DNA of 64,000 nucleotides. It comes from an uncultured virus (IMG/VR IMGVR_UViG_3300043568_001465) (Duplodnaviria; Heunggongvirae; Uroviricota; Caudoviricetes). A model generated the notes under the pieces. That model searched no databases. It saw only the letters and a program-made list of their open reading frames with translations, and was not told the origin of the DNA. The stretch is from the IMG/VR virus record IMGVR_UViG_3300043568_001465. One strand, written 5' to 3'. This document shows, in pieces, positions 10,222 to 20,205 of this stretch (its first letter is position 1; each line of letters opens with the position of its first letter). Made by a program: the position numbers and the translations under genes.

Positions 10222-12556
10222 TAACCCTTTTATTAAAGTTGAGTGGGAAGATACTCCAGAGAATCTTACCCAAGAAAGAATCAAACGTGTTAAATCGTAT
10301 TTCCAAAACAAATACAATAGCACGAATGTTAAGATTGTTACAAAGACAATCAACAACTCATCCAATGCGAAGTTGAAATCGTTAGAGGCGTCTGATAATA
10401 TATTGGACCCTCAATATCAAAAAAACTTGGTAAAGGAGTTCTTAACTGAGAACCAGTCAACAATTAAATGGGATTTTATAAATCGTTTAGATGACCGTGT
10501 TAATGGTGAAATTGATAAATTAAATCAGAACAAGGTTAGATATAATAAATGGTTTATTAAAAAGGTTGAATTCTCAAACTTCCTATCCTATGGTGAAGGG
10601 AACGTAATTGATTTTACGGATTTAGACGGCATCACAGTAATTGAATCAACACCTAAAAATTTTGGTGGTAAGTCAACCGCAACTGTTGATTTATTGATGT
10701 TTTTGTTCTTTAATTCAACAACCAAAACAAAAACTAACGGAGAGATATTCAACAAGTTTTCCGATTCAGATGAAGTTAAGGTAAAAGGTGAGGTTACAAT
10801 TGATGGTGATGATTATCTTATCAGTAGAACTATTACTCGCAAAAAAAGTAAGTCAGGTGAATACACGGTTAAAAATGATTTGGAGTTCTTTAAGAAATCA
10901 CCAGAAGGCGAATTGATTAATTTATCTGGTGAACAAAGAAGAGAGACAGAGATATTAATTACATCCGCTATTGGAACTGAAGAAGATTTCTTATCTACAA
11001 TTTTAACAACTGGTTATAACTTAGAAGAACTTATTGAAAGTAAACCAACTGCTAGAGGACAAATCATCACTAAATTTCTTGGGTTAGAATCCTTAAAACA
11101 AAAAGAGGATATTGCTAAAGAAATGTATAGCGAATGGAGTAAGAAGTTGGTTTCAAATACAAATAACAAAACAGATTTAGATGATCAGATTAAAACGTTT
11201 GAAGATTCAATTGGGAATTCTAACACACAAATTACTGATTTAGGGGTTTCTTTAGATGGGTTTAAAGATACATTAAAAAATCTAGAAGATAGACGAGATT
11301 TAATATTGGGTCAAAAAAATAACGACATTGATGATGACCTTATAAGAACTAACCCAACCTTGTTGCAAAGAGAGATTGAGGATCTTAAGCGTCTTCAAAC
11401 ATCTAGCAAAACTCAAGGCAATGATGTAAGTGTTGTAGAACCATCGCAGTATTATTTGGATGAAGAACACGATAAACTAAAAGACAAAGTTAATTCAATT
11501 GTTGTTGATGGTAAGCTCGTGAGTGAAACTATTACACGTAATGAAAATTTAGTTAATCAATTAGAGAAAGGTAGTGTATGTCCAACATGTCATAGAGCGT
11601 TAGATGAGGTTGACCACACTAGTGAGATTGAAAAAATTAAAAAGGAAATTGAGGGTTTAAAGGATAAACAAACAGAACTAAAATCTCAATACACCGAAGC
11701 AAACGACGCTGAAAAGTTATATGCTGCGATTAAAAAAGAATATGACGAATACGAAAGAAACAAACTTCGTAAAAGTAGATTCGAATTAGAGGTTGAACAA
11801 AAACAAGTTGAAATTGATTCTAAACAATCAAAGTTAGACCGTTATGATAGTAACAAATCTAAATTGGAAAACAACCAAAAGATTGAGGCAGAAATCATCA
11901 CTTTAAGAACTAAGATTGAAACAGCAAATGCTGATATCCAACAAACCTTAAATAATATTGAAAGACATAAAAATAATATTACCAATCTTAAAGAAAAGAT
12001 TGAAAACAATATTAAGTTGATTGAAAAAATTAAGGGCGAGGAAGAATACTTACAAGTGTTTAAAACATACTTAATGGTATTTGGTAAGAATGGTATTTCA
12101 AAAGTCATATTAAAAAATATGATACCACTTCTAAATCAAGAGTTGTCTCGATTACTATTAGATAGTTCATACTTCACACTAGAGTTGAACATTAACGATA
12201 AGAACGAAGTTGAATTTATCATGATTGATAATGAAACCAGAGTAGTTAAACCACTTAACTCCGGATCTGGTTATGAAAGAACAATATCGTCACTAGCGTT
12301 AAGAAGTGTATTAACTAAAGTATCCTCGTTACCTAAACCAAACATAGTGGTAATGGATGAGGTATTTGGTAAGATAGCTGATGAAAATTTAGAAATGGTT
12401 GGTGAGTTCTTTAAAAAGATTAAGAATTATTTCGAACATATATTTGTTATCTCACACAACCCATTAATTAGAAACTGGTCGGATAATATTATTATGGTGA
12501 AGAAAGATGATAATATATCATCAATCGACTACATAACACCTAAAATTAATTACTAA
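10214..12556 (+). CDS. sbcC: SbcC/Rad50-like ATPase (T4 gp46-like)
   Basis: FSNFLSYG, Walker A NFGGKST, coiled coils with CPTC zinc hook, SGSGYE signature, Walker B MDE, ISH. Confidence 0.9.
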   Translation: MYNNPFIKVEWEDTPENLTQERIKRVKSYFQNKYNSTNVKIVTKTINNSSNAKLKSLEASDNILDPQYQKNLVKEFLTENQSTIKWDFINRLDDRVNGEIDKLNQNKVRYNKWFIKKVEFSNFLSYGEGNVIDFTDLDGITVIESTPKNFGGKSTATVDLLMFLFFNSTTKTKTNGEIFNKFSDSDEVKVKGEVTIDGDDYLISRTITRKKSKSGEYTVKNDLEFFKKSPEGELINLSGEQRRETEILITSAIGTEEDFLSTILTTGYNLEELIESKPTARGQIITKFLGLESLKQKEDIAKEMYSEWSKKLVSNTNNKTDLDDQIKTFEDSIGNSNTQITDLGVSLDGFKDTLKNLEDRRDLILGQKNNDIDDDLIRTNPTLLQREIEDLKRLQTSSKTQGNDVSVVEPSQYYLDEEHDKLKDKVNSIVVDGKLVSETITRNENLVNQLEKGSVCPTCHRALDEVDHTSEIEKIKKEIEGLKDKQTELKSQYTEANDAEKLYAAIKKEYDEYERNKLRKSRFELEVEQKQVEIDSKQSKLDRYDSNKSKLENNQKIEAEIITLRTKIETANADIQQTLNNIERHKNNITNLKEKIENNIKLIEKIKGEEEYLQVFKTYLMVFGKNGISKVILKNMIPLLNQELSRLLLDSSYFTLELNINDKNEVEFIMIDNETRVVKPLNSGSGYERTISSLALRSVLTKVSSLPKPNIVVMDEVFGKIADENLEMVGEFFKKIKNYFEHIFVISHNPLIRNWSDNIIMVKKDDNISSIDYITPKINY

Positions 12557-13368
12557 TCGTTTAAGTAACGATAAACGGTTAATAAACCTCTTTCAAAAAT
12601 CTCCATCGTGATTTCACAATCTACTACAGCATTGTGAGCACCTTGGAGTTTTTTCTTTAATTGATTTATCTCATCATCAAACCCAGTGGCTAAAGATTTT
12701 AACGCATTTGATTTAGCACCACCTTCTTTGCCTGGGAACTTATCTAGTTTAGCTTGATAATCAGGGTTATCTTTTGATATTGTGTTTAATATTGGGAAGA
12801 AGAAGTTTTTAAAGAAATTGATACTATCTATCATCTCATCGGTGCTATCTTTAAAAATCTCGTGGAATTGAATCCATTTTAAATCAAATGGTGCGTTGTG
12901 TGCAATTAAAGTAACGTTTTCATGTTCTTTTAAAAACTCATCAAACTTTTCTAATGCGTTTCTTTCTTCTTCATATGATTCGCTATTTGCTAAATCATAG
13001 TGATTAAATTTTAGAATGCCCTTTTTAGTGTTAAATAACCATCTTTTATATTCGTCACTTTCTTCATCTTCTGGAGCGTCTGGCTCGGTAGTCATCTGTT
13101 GAAGAGTTTCGTCATTTAATTTAATACCAATATTAAATCTACCTAATTCAAAAAATCTTAATGTCTCACCATTTATTTGAGTCGCAATTGCTGCGATTTG
13201 TGTTAATTGGTTAGCAGGTCTACCTGCTGGGTTACGATCTAAACCGGTGGTTTCGGTATCAAAAAAGACAAAAGTGTGGTTAACTCTTTTTAAAAACCAA
13301 TCTAAAAGTTTTTCACTAGGTAACCCACCAACCTCAATTTCACGTATAATTTTGGACATTTTAATCAT
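12553..13368 (-). CDS. DEDDh 3'-5' exonuclease (DnaQ/epsilon-like)
   Basis: Exo I FFDTETTG, Exo II AHNAPFD, Exo III AHNAVVD. Start placed at ATG 13368, 4 nt after TATTTAT on the minus strand. Confidence 0.85.
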   Translation of the reverse strand: MIKMSKIIREIEVGGLPSEKLLDWFLKRVNHTFVFFDTETTGLDRNPAGRPANQLTQIAAIATQINGETLRFFELGRFNIGIKLNDETLQQMTTEPDAPEDEESDEYKRWLFNTKKGILKFNHYDLANSESYEEERNALEKFDEFLKEHENVTLIAHNAPFDLKWIQFHEIFKDSTDEMIDSINFFKNFFFPILNTISKDNPDYQAKLDKFPGKEGGAKSNALKSLATGFDDEINQLKKKLQGAHNAVVDCEITMEIFERGLLTVYRYLND

Positions 13369-13448
13369 AACAATAAATATTAGAAAAACATTGTTTTTTA
13401 TTACGGGGATTTTTAAGTATATTTGTTCCATACTAAATTAAATCTACC

Positions 13449-14120
13449 ATGACACCCAAAGATTACAAAGATTTCGGTTTGTACGCAAAAGACCGCGGAA
13501 TTAGTTCCTTAAACATGCATTATCATCAAAAAAATATTGAGGGTAGTTTAACTCCATACGTCTTAGAGGAAAGACAACTGAACGTTACACAAATGGATGT
13601 GTTTTCACGTTTAATGATGGAAAGAATTATTTGGGTGGCCGGTGAGGTTAATGATAATATGTCGGTTATAACTCAAGCACAGTTAATGTTCTTGGACAGT
13701 TTAGATACTAATGACATAACTATGCATATCGATACCCCAGGCGGAAGCGTTAAATCTGGTTTATCAATGGTTGATGTTATGGATTACATTAAGTCCGATA
13801 TTAGGACGATTAATACTGGAATGGCTGCATCTATGGGTTCAATCCTTTTAGGGGCAGGAACGAAGGGAAAACGCGGTTCATTGAGATTCTCAAGAACAAT
13901 GTTACACCAATCATCTGGAGGTTTTAGAGGTAACATTCAAGATGCTAAGATTGATATGGTTGAGTGGGATAAATTAAATAACACATTATTTGACCTATTG
14001 GGTGGTTATTGTGGTAAAACAGGTGAACAAGTTAAACAAGATGCGTCTAGGGATCTCTGGTTGAGTTCTGAAGATGCTTTAGCATACGGTATTATTGACG
14101 AAGTTGTCAAAAGAAAATAG
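13449..14120 (+). CDS. clpP: ATP-dependent Clp protease proteolytic subunit
   Basis: MDVFSRL..ERII, AQLMFL, TPGGSV, GMAASMGS (Ser), MLHQ (His), RD..L...AL.YGIID. Confidence 0.95.
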   Translation: MTPKDYKDFGLYAKDRGISSLNMHYHQKNIEGSLTPYVLEERQLNVTQMDVFSRLMMERIIWVAGEVNDNMSVITQAQLMFLDSLDTNDITMHIDTPGGSVKSGLSMVDVMDYIKSDIRTINTGMAASMGSILLGAGTKGKRGSLRFSRTMLHQSSGGFRGNIQDAKIDMVEWDKLNNTLFDLLGGYCGKTGEQVKQDASRDLWLSSEDALAYGIIDEVVKRK

Positions 14121-14150
14121 GGTTAATTTATTCAACATTTTGGTTTCAAC

Positions 14151-14181
14151 AAAAAGGGAAGTTTTTAACTTCCCTTTTTTT
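14151..14181 (+). terminator. intrinsic terminator, possibly bidirectional
   Basis: AAAAAGGGAAG ... CTTCCCTTTTTTT. Confidence 0.85.
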
Positions 14182-14298
14182 ATTTATTCCCTTATATTTA
14201 TTTCTAGACCTTGTGGTTGAAGTCGAAGTGTCCCAGAGGCATTTGAGTTGGAATTGATACCAACGAATTCGGGTTCAAATACAAAAAAATATAAGGAA

Positions 14299-15138
14299 AT
14301 GAACAGAAGAATTTCAGTTAACACAACTGGTCTTGCTGTACCACAATCTTTCATTACTAAAGGTAAACAAAGATTAAAACAGCACATTGACACCGTATAT
14401 CTTAATAACGGTGATGAGTTCGAAATCGAACTTTTTAATCCAACACACAATAAAGTTTTAGCAAAAATTGAGATGAATGGTAATGCCGTTGGTAATGGTA
14501 TTATAATTCGTCCAGGTGAACGCGTTTTCCTCGAAAGATATCTTGATGAGGCAAAGAAGTTTTTATTTGAAACATATGTTGTAAATGGTGATAATTTAGA
14601 AGTACAAGAAGCAATTGCTGATAATGGTGATGTGGTTATTAAGTTCTATAACGAAACGCCTCCACCGACATATTATAGCGGTAATTCAGGCACGTTAACG
14701 ATATCTAACCCAGGTTGGATAAACAACACGGGGACACCATTTACCTACACTACACATAATACTTTAGGTATGAATACATTTAATCCTACTAGTATTACAA
14801 CAACGGGAACAAATGCGGTTTATACTTCCAATTCATCTTTAACAAGTGGAACGTTTAGTACCTCAAATACATTCTTAAACAACCCCGATAAGGTTAAAAA
14901 ATCTAAAAGACAGGTTGAAACAGGTAGAGTTGAAAAGGGTTCCAATTCTAATCAATCCTTTACATACGATAGTACATCTTTCAATAGTTGGGCGTCTAAC
15001 ACAAATTGGTGGAAAATAAAACCCAAATCAACTCAATTGGTAACAATGGATGATTTGGCTACATATTGCACTGAATGTGGCAGTAGAAGGAAAAAAGACA
15101 CATATAAGTTCTGCCCACAATGTGGCACAAAATACTAA
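14299..15138 (+). CDS. hypothetical phage protein with Thr/Ser/Asn linker and C-terminal double zinc ribbon
   Basis: ATG 14299 preceded by TAAGGA; YCTECG...FCPQCG at the C-terminus. Confidence 0.7.
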   Translation: MNRRISVNTTGLAVPQSFITKGKQRLKQHIDTVYLNNGDEFEIELFNPTHNKVLAKIEMNGNAVGNGIIIRPGERVFLERYLDEAKKFLFETYVVNGDNLEVQEAIADNGDVVIKFYNETPPPTYYSGNSGTLTISNPGWINNTGTPFTYTTHNTLGMNTFNPTSITTTGTNAVYTSNSSLTSGTFSTSNTFLNNPDKVKKSKRQVETGRVEKGSNSNQSFTYDSTSFNSWASNTNWWKIKPKSTQLVTMDDLATYCTECGSRRKKDTYKFCPQCGTKY

Positions 15139-15163
15139 TAAACTAATCACAAGGTCTAACTCT

Positions 15164-15186
15164 GAGGTCGCTTTTGCGACCTCTTT
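15164..15186 (+). terminator. probable intrinsic terminator
   Basis: GAGGTCGC-TTTT-GCGACCTC followed by TTTGTATTT. Confidence 0.7.
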
Positions 15187-15209
15187 GTATTTATAATAAA
15201 ACAGATAAT

Positions 15210-15545
15210 ATGAAGATTGATAAAACAAACATCCTATTAGTTTTGATTGCTTGTTTGGCTGGCTATACCATATTTCAAAATCAAGGTATAAAAACTGACG
15301 TTGCGGGTTATAACGCTAAAATTGAATCCTTACAAAAGGAAATTGATTCGGTTTATATTGCAAACAAAGAAATAGACAATCAAATCGAAAAAGTTGATAA
15401 TCACATTGTTAATGTTGATAAAGATATCGACAACGTGACAAAAAACATAACTATTATTAAAAACAACACAGATGAAAAAGTTAATTCTATTACTACTATT
15501 GGTAATGTTGAGCTTGAGCAGTTATTCGCAAACAGATACAACTAA
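15210..15545 (+). CDS. membrane-anchored coiled-coil protein (i-spanin-like)
   Basis: N-terminal TM segment then coiled coil; its 3' end overlaps the next gene by 74 nt. Confidence 0.45.
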   Translation: MKIDKTNILLVLIACLAGYTIFQNQGIKTDVAGYNAKIESLQKEIDSVYIANKEIDNQIEKVDNHIVNVDKDIDNVTKNITIIKNNTDEKVNSITTIGNVELEQLFANRYN

Positions 15546-15897
15546 AGTTATTGTATTAGATACTACTAAAGTTACTATAACAACAAAAGTTGCTAGATTA
15601 GTATTTCAAGATTTGCTTCGTTACGACGGTGCTAAGTTAGAAATTATTGAGTTAAATAAAGTAATAACACTAAAAGACGAACAAATTGGTTTGTTTAAAC
15701 AAAAAGACACTTTAAAAGACCAAAAAATAACAAACTTAGAAGTTATTATTTCTAAGAAAGATGAACAGTTTGGTTTAGAAAGACAAAAATCTGAAAGTTT
15801 ATTAAAAGAACTTAAAGGGCAAAGAACCAAAACATTTTTATATAAAGTTGGAACTTATGTCGGGATAATTGCTACTAGTATATTATTGATTAAGTAA
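15472..15897 (+). CDS. secreted coiled-coil protein with C-terminal hydrophobic segment (spanin-partner-like)
   Basis: MKKLILLLLLVMLSLSSYS/Q signal peptide, coiled coil, hydrophobic C-terminus; no lipobox Cys. Confidence 0.45.
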   Translation: MKKLILLLLLVMLSLSSYSQTDTTKVIVLDTTKVTITTKVARLVFQDLLRYDGAKLEIIELNKVITLKDEQIGLFKQKDTLKDQKITNLEVIISKKDEQFGLERQKSESLLKELKGQRTKTFLYKVGTYVGIIATSILLIK

Positions 15898-15898
15898 T

Positions 15899-16540
15899 AT
15901 GAAAAAACATTTAACAGCCAAGAATTTTATTATTGTTATTTTAATAATTTTATTATTCTTGGCTTTTTACAATCCAGGCGGGCATTTACCAAATAGAACA
16001 ATCACAAGGGTTGATTCAATAGGTTATGCCGTACACGATACAATATCAGTGGATAGTTTAATTGAGGTAGAAATTGAAATTGAGGTTCCAGTTGAGGTAG
16101 AGGTTGAAAAAAGAGTAGAGGTACAGGTATTAACACCAGTTGACACAACAGAAATTTTAAAGATTTATTTTGCGAAAATCCAACATAAAGATGTGCTAAC
16201 ATTACCTAACAATGTTGGGACTATTACGATTATGGATACAATATCTAAAAATAGTATTGTTAACAGAAAGTTTATTAGCGACATTAAACAAATGATTATT
16301 AAAGACACAGTTTACACAAAAGAACCTAAGAAAGGTCAAATGTACTTTGGATTTAATGGTAGTTTAAGTAAACCTGATGTAGTTTCACATCTTGGCACTG
16401 GTATAATGTATAAAACAAAAGAAGATAAGATATATCATCTAGGTATTGGTGTGGCAAACAGAATCTTAGACGGGACGACCGGAAAATTTACCCCATATGT
16501 TGACGGCGGTGTTTATTTTAAGATAAAAACAAGAAGGTAA
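15899..16540 (+). CDS. membrane-anchored protein, possibly lysis-associated
   Basis: N-terminal TM segment, EVEV stretch, C-terminal amphipathic beta strands (YVDGGVYFK). Confidence 0.5.
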   Translation: MKKHLTAKNFIIVILIILLFLAFYNPGGHLPNRTITRVDSIGYAVHDTISVDSLIEVEIEIEVPVEVEVEKRVEVQVLTPVDTTEILKIYFAKIQHKDVLTLPNNVGTITIMDTISKNSIVNRKFISDIKQMIIKDTVYTKEPKKGQMYFGFNGSLSKPDVVSHLGTGIMYKTKEDKIYHLGIGVANRILDGTTGKFTPYVDGGVYFKIKTRR

Positions 16541-16544
16541 TTAA

Positions 16545-17024
16545 TTACTCAATAAAATTCCAAGGGTGTAAGGTAACTCCCACCACAAATAGATGTTCGT
16601 CCAATAATAGGGTGACTCTTTCAATACCTAAATGAACATCCCTACTACCTTCACTATCAACTATATATTCACTCCAATCTAATTGAAGAATGTGTTCAAA
16701 TGTATCTTCGCCATCATCGGTTAATGGTTCAACTTCAATTTCCACTTCAATATCCCTAGGACCGCGCACATTGGTTATTTCAATAGAATCAATCCCCCAA
16801 CCCCTTAAAGTCATATATAGGTCATAGACAATATTCATTTTACCAATTGGGTTAACATTATAAATTCTTTGCCCATCATATTGGCGCGGATGTTCAATTT
16901 CAACCTCAACATCGGTTCTGAAATCAAGTAAATCCTTACCTATACTTTCATTGATAAGTCCTTTAGATAGGTTTTCAGCTAAGTTTTGAACCTGTTTTCT
17001 TTTTAATTTTATTGTTTTTGGCAT
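16545..17024 (-). CDS. hypothetical acidic protein, possible internal head protein
   Basis: ATG 17024; N-terminal KTIKLK...LINES leader; TATTTAT upstream on the minus strand (17046-52). Confidence 0.55.
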   Translation of the reverse strand: MPKTIKLKRKQVQNLAENLSKGLINESIGKDLLDFRTDVEVEIEHPRQYDGQRIYNVNPIGKMNIVYDLYMTLRGWGIDSIEITNVRGPRDIEVEIEVEPLTDDGEDTFEHILQLDWSEYIVDSEGSRDVHLGIERVTLLLDEHLFVVGVTLHPWNFIE

Positions 17025-17067
17025 AAAATTATATACTAATTTATAATAAATAGTTATATTATGTAAG

Positions 17068-17505
17068 ATGGTAACATACATATTGTTTATTTATGCAAAT
17101 TTTGAGGATCACGAGGACGTCGAGTTCTTTTGTACCGAACATTTCTCTCAAATATCTGAAAGAGGAGTTAAATACGTCATTGAAAAGGACGGTAATTGTA
17201 TTATAATATTCGAATCGGATAAAGATAAGGATAAATTAGATTCTGATTTAGAGGATCTATTGGATATTGAGCAAATAAACTTCTATTTTCTATTTGAACG
17301 GGCGTCAGTGGTATCCGTATTTTTACCTGAAACCATCAAAGATTTCATATTTAAACCCCTAGAAAACGAGAATGTTAAACTTAAAATAACGGCTAATCGT
17401 AATCAAAAACACGACCTAGATGACATCTTAGAAAAGATTGAAAATGGGGGGATTGATAGCTTGACACTAGAAGAAAAAAAATTTCTGGATGATTTTGGAA
17501 AATAA
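17068..17505 (+). CDS. hypothetical protein with DUF6576-like C-terminus
   Basis: DLDDILEKIENGGIDSLTLEEKKFL resembles the DxILDKI...G..SLT.EEK.FL motif. Confidence 0.55.
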   Translation: MVTYILFIYANFEDHEDVEFFCTEHFSQISERGVKYVIEKDGNCIIIFESDKDKDKLDSDLEDLLDIEQINFYFLFERASVVSVFLPETIKDFIFKPLENENVKLKITANRNQKHDLDDILEKIENGGIDSLTLEEKKFLDDFGK

Positions 17506-17546
17506 GTGGAAAAATCGTACTATTGCTATACAAAACCCAAAAACGA

Positions 17547-18353
17547 ATGAAAAATACCAGCCCAATGGTTAAAACCGAAGAACTAAAATATTACATCAAG
17601 GATTTAAAAAGAATCCCAGTAATAGAAGCGCAAAGAGAATTTGAAATTTTCATGGCGTTTAAAAACAAAGAGACAACCAAAGAACAAAAAAACGCTTTAG
17701 TTGAAGAATTGATTTTAGGTAATTTAAGATTTGTTATTTCCGTTGCTAAGATGTATCAAAATCAAGGAATGGATTTATTGGATTTAATTTCAGAAGGTAA
17801 TATTGGTTTAATGAAAGCCATTGATCGCTTTGACGTTACTTCTGGTTTTAAATTTATATCATATGCTGTGTGGTGGGTGAAACAATCTATAATGCAGTCG
17901 TTAACGGAAAATTCAAGAACAATAAGAATACCGTCAAACGTTTTGCAAGATATTCAAAAGCAAAAGAAAATAAAAAATGAAGAGGATAGTTACCTTATTG
18001 AATACAATGATAATGTTTTAATCGGTATTCCAACAACAGTTGATTTATATAAAGAAATAAATGAAGATGGTGACACATTAATAGAAGTTATTGCTAATCC
18101 TAATTCAATTGACCCTATGGAATCTATGAATAATCTTGATGAGATTAAGAAAAAGATGAAGTATATGTTAGCAATCCTAGATGACAGAGAGAAAACCATT
18201 ATTGAGGGTTATTTTGGTTTGTGTGGTACCGAAAGAAACCTAGATGACCTAGGTGAAGAATTTGGTTGCACCAAAGAACGTATTAGACAATTAAAAGATA
18301 AAGCAATTAAGAAATTGCGAAACGAGAGTTTTGGACTCCTAAACTATTTATAA
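17547..18353 (+). CDS. rpoD: RNA polymerase sigma-70 factor, Bacteroidetes primary-sigma type
   Basis: NLRFVISVAK.YQNQG..L.DLISEGNIGL.KA..RFD...GFKFISYAVWW (region 2); region 4 HTH TKERIRQ.K.KAIKKLR; no region 1.1. Confidence 0.9.
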   Translation: MKNTSPMVKTEELKYYIKDLKRIPVIEAQREFEIFMAFKNKETTKEQKNALVEELILGNLRFVISVAKMYQNQGMDLLDLISEGNIGLMKAIDRFDVTSGFKFISYAVWWVKQSIMQSLTENSRTIRIPSNVLQDIQKQKKIKNEEDSYLIEYNDNVLIGIPTTVDLYKEINEDGDTLIEVIANPNSIDPMESMNNLDEIKKKMKYMLAILDDREKTIIEGYFGLCGTERNLDDLGEEFGCTKERIRQLKDKAIKKLRNESFGLLNYL

Positions 18354-18370
18354 AAGTAAAAATTAAAGAC

Positions 18371-18664
18371 ATGAAAAAGTTAATTGATTTAATTAAAACG
18401 TATAAACTACAAATACTAGTAGTTTTAACACTTTTTTTCTTCTTTCGCTCTTGTAGTAATTCAAGTAAAGTGACTAAGTTAGAAAAAAATGAAAAGAAAA
18501 ATATTGCGACAATAGATAGTATCAATATTGCACATAAAAATGACAAAATCGCAATTCATAGTTTTTACGATAATTGGATTACACAAAAAGATAGAGGACC
18601 GCAGTTAATGGAATTACATTTTATCGTTAAAGAAAATCTAAAAAAAGAACAAGAATCTAAATGA
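18371..18664 (+). CDS. small membrane protein or lipoprotein
   Basis: Hydrophobic stretch ending FRSC. Confidence 0.5.
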   Translation: MKKLIDLIKTYKLQILVVLTLFFFFRSCSNSSKVTKLEKNEKKNIATIDSINIAHKNDKIAIHSFYDNWITQKDRGPQLMELHFIVKENLKKEQESK

Positions 18665-20205
18665 AACATTGGCTTAGTACACATTATAAAACATTAATTG
18701 TTGCTGCGTTTTTGATACCAATCATAACTGTGGCAATAGTTTCAATATCTCACGTTACCCAATGGTACGGGATATCAAATCCCATTAGTTGGGCAATATA
18801 TCTTTCAATAGGTATTGAGATTGCAGCATTATCGGCATTAGCCGCCATCTCAGCAAACATGGGCAAGAAGGTGTATTTCCCATTTGCAATTGTTACCCTA
18901 GTTCAATTTATTGGTAATGTATTTTTTGCATATTCATACATTGATATTGATTCAAAATCTTTCCAGGATTGGGTGGGTTTAGTTTCCCCGTTATTAGAAT
19001 TAACTGGGGTTGAATCAACTGACTTTGTTGGTCATAAAAGATTTTTAGCGTTTTTTGCTGGGGGCATGTTACCAATAATATCTTTATCTTTCTTACATAT
19101 GTTGGTTAAGTTCACAGAAGAAGATAGAGTTATTCAATCTAAAGAAGAAACTAAACCAGTTGAACCTACACAAACAATCGAACAGTTAAAAGATTTTGTC
19201 GATGAAACAACAAGATTACATTTATCTGAAAATGATTTAAAGATACTTGAAGAGGCATTATTAAATTCACCACCACCAAACGAGGCGTTATTGAAGGCGG
19301 CTGAAGAACACAAAAGAAGAGGTGAGTTATTAAAGGAAATAATGAAGAACGACCAAGAGTTGGGCTTATATGATGAAGAACCTTATGCTGGTGCAAGTAT
19401 GTTCCCTAAAGAAGTGGAGTATACGGATGAATATAGTAAACCATTATATGAAAATCCAATACCAACACCTGTTGAACCACAAGTTGATTTAGAATTGGTT
19501 GAAGAAGAACCAGAAGAAGATATTTCTGATTGGGATGTAACACTAATGGATGGGTTAGAAGATGAAGAACCATTTTTTACTGAAAAAGAAACGGAGAATA
19601 TTTTCCAAGAAGAACCAACAGAGGAAGAAATCCATGTAAATTTTTCCATTATAGAACCTGAAACTGAGAATATTTTCCAAGATAATACCACAGAAACGTT
19701 GGTTCCTGAAGAAGTGATTTCTAATTTATTAAATGAACTTATTGAAGATGTCGATAATCAGGAATTAAGAACAGAAGAACAAGTTCCTGAATTATTTGTA
19801 ATGCCAGAAGAGGTTGAAACTTTTAAAATAGATATTCGAGCAATTAACGAAATATTAAATGACGTTAATGAGGTTATTGATACAGAAGAAGATGATTTAA
19901 AAAAAAAAGATGAACTAGAAATAACATCATCAATTGAAATTGTTGAAACACCTACGCCAACCCCAACGCCTACTGAAACACAATTAAATCGAGATACCGA
20001 TTCATTATATTGGGAATCCGGTGAAAACCCAATCCCATTAGTTGATGATGAATCACCAACACAAGTAACTTACGAAGACAACACAAACGAATCACCAATT
20101 GAAGAATCGGAACAATTTAATCCTTTTGGTTCTATTTTTCCAAGAGGTGGAAGTAAAATAATACCTAGAAATGTTAGAAATACGAAACGTAGAGGTTTTA
20201 GATAA
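18661..20205 (+). CDS. multi-TM membrane protein with long acidic tail
   Basis: About 4 TM segments in the first 150 aa, then an E/D/P-rich disordered region. Confidence 0.6.
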   Translation: MKHWLSTHYKTLIVAAFLIPIITVAIVSISHVTQWYGISNPISWAIYLSIGIEIAALSALAAISANMGKKVYFPFAIVTLVQFIGNVFFAYSYIDIDSKSFQDWVGLVSPLLELTGVESTDFVGHKRFLAFFAGGMLPIISLSFLHMLVKFTEEDRVIQSKEETKPVEPTQTIEQLKDFVDETTRLHLSENDLKILEEALLNSPPPNEALLKAAEEHKRRGELLKEIMKNDQELGLYDEEPYAGASMFPKEVEYTDEYSKPLYENPIPTPVEPQVDLELVEEEPEEDISDWDVTLMDGLEDEEPFFTEKETENIFQEEPTEEEIHVNFSIIEPETENIFQDNTTETLVPEEVISNLLNELIEDVDNQELRTEEQVPELFVMPEEVETFKIDIRAINEILNDVNEVIDTEEDDLKKKDELEITSSIEIVETPTPTPTPTETQLNRDTDSLYWESGENPIPLVDDESPTQVTYEDNTNESPIEESEQFNPFGSIFPRGGSKIIPRNVRNTKRRGFR

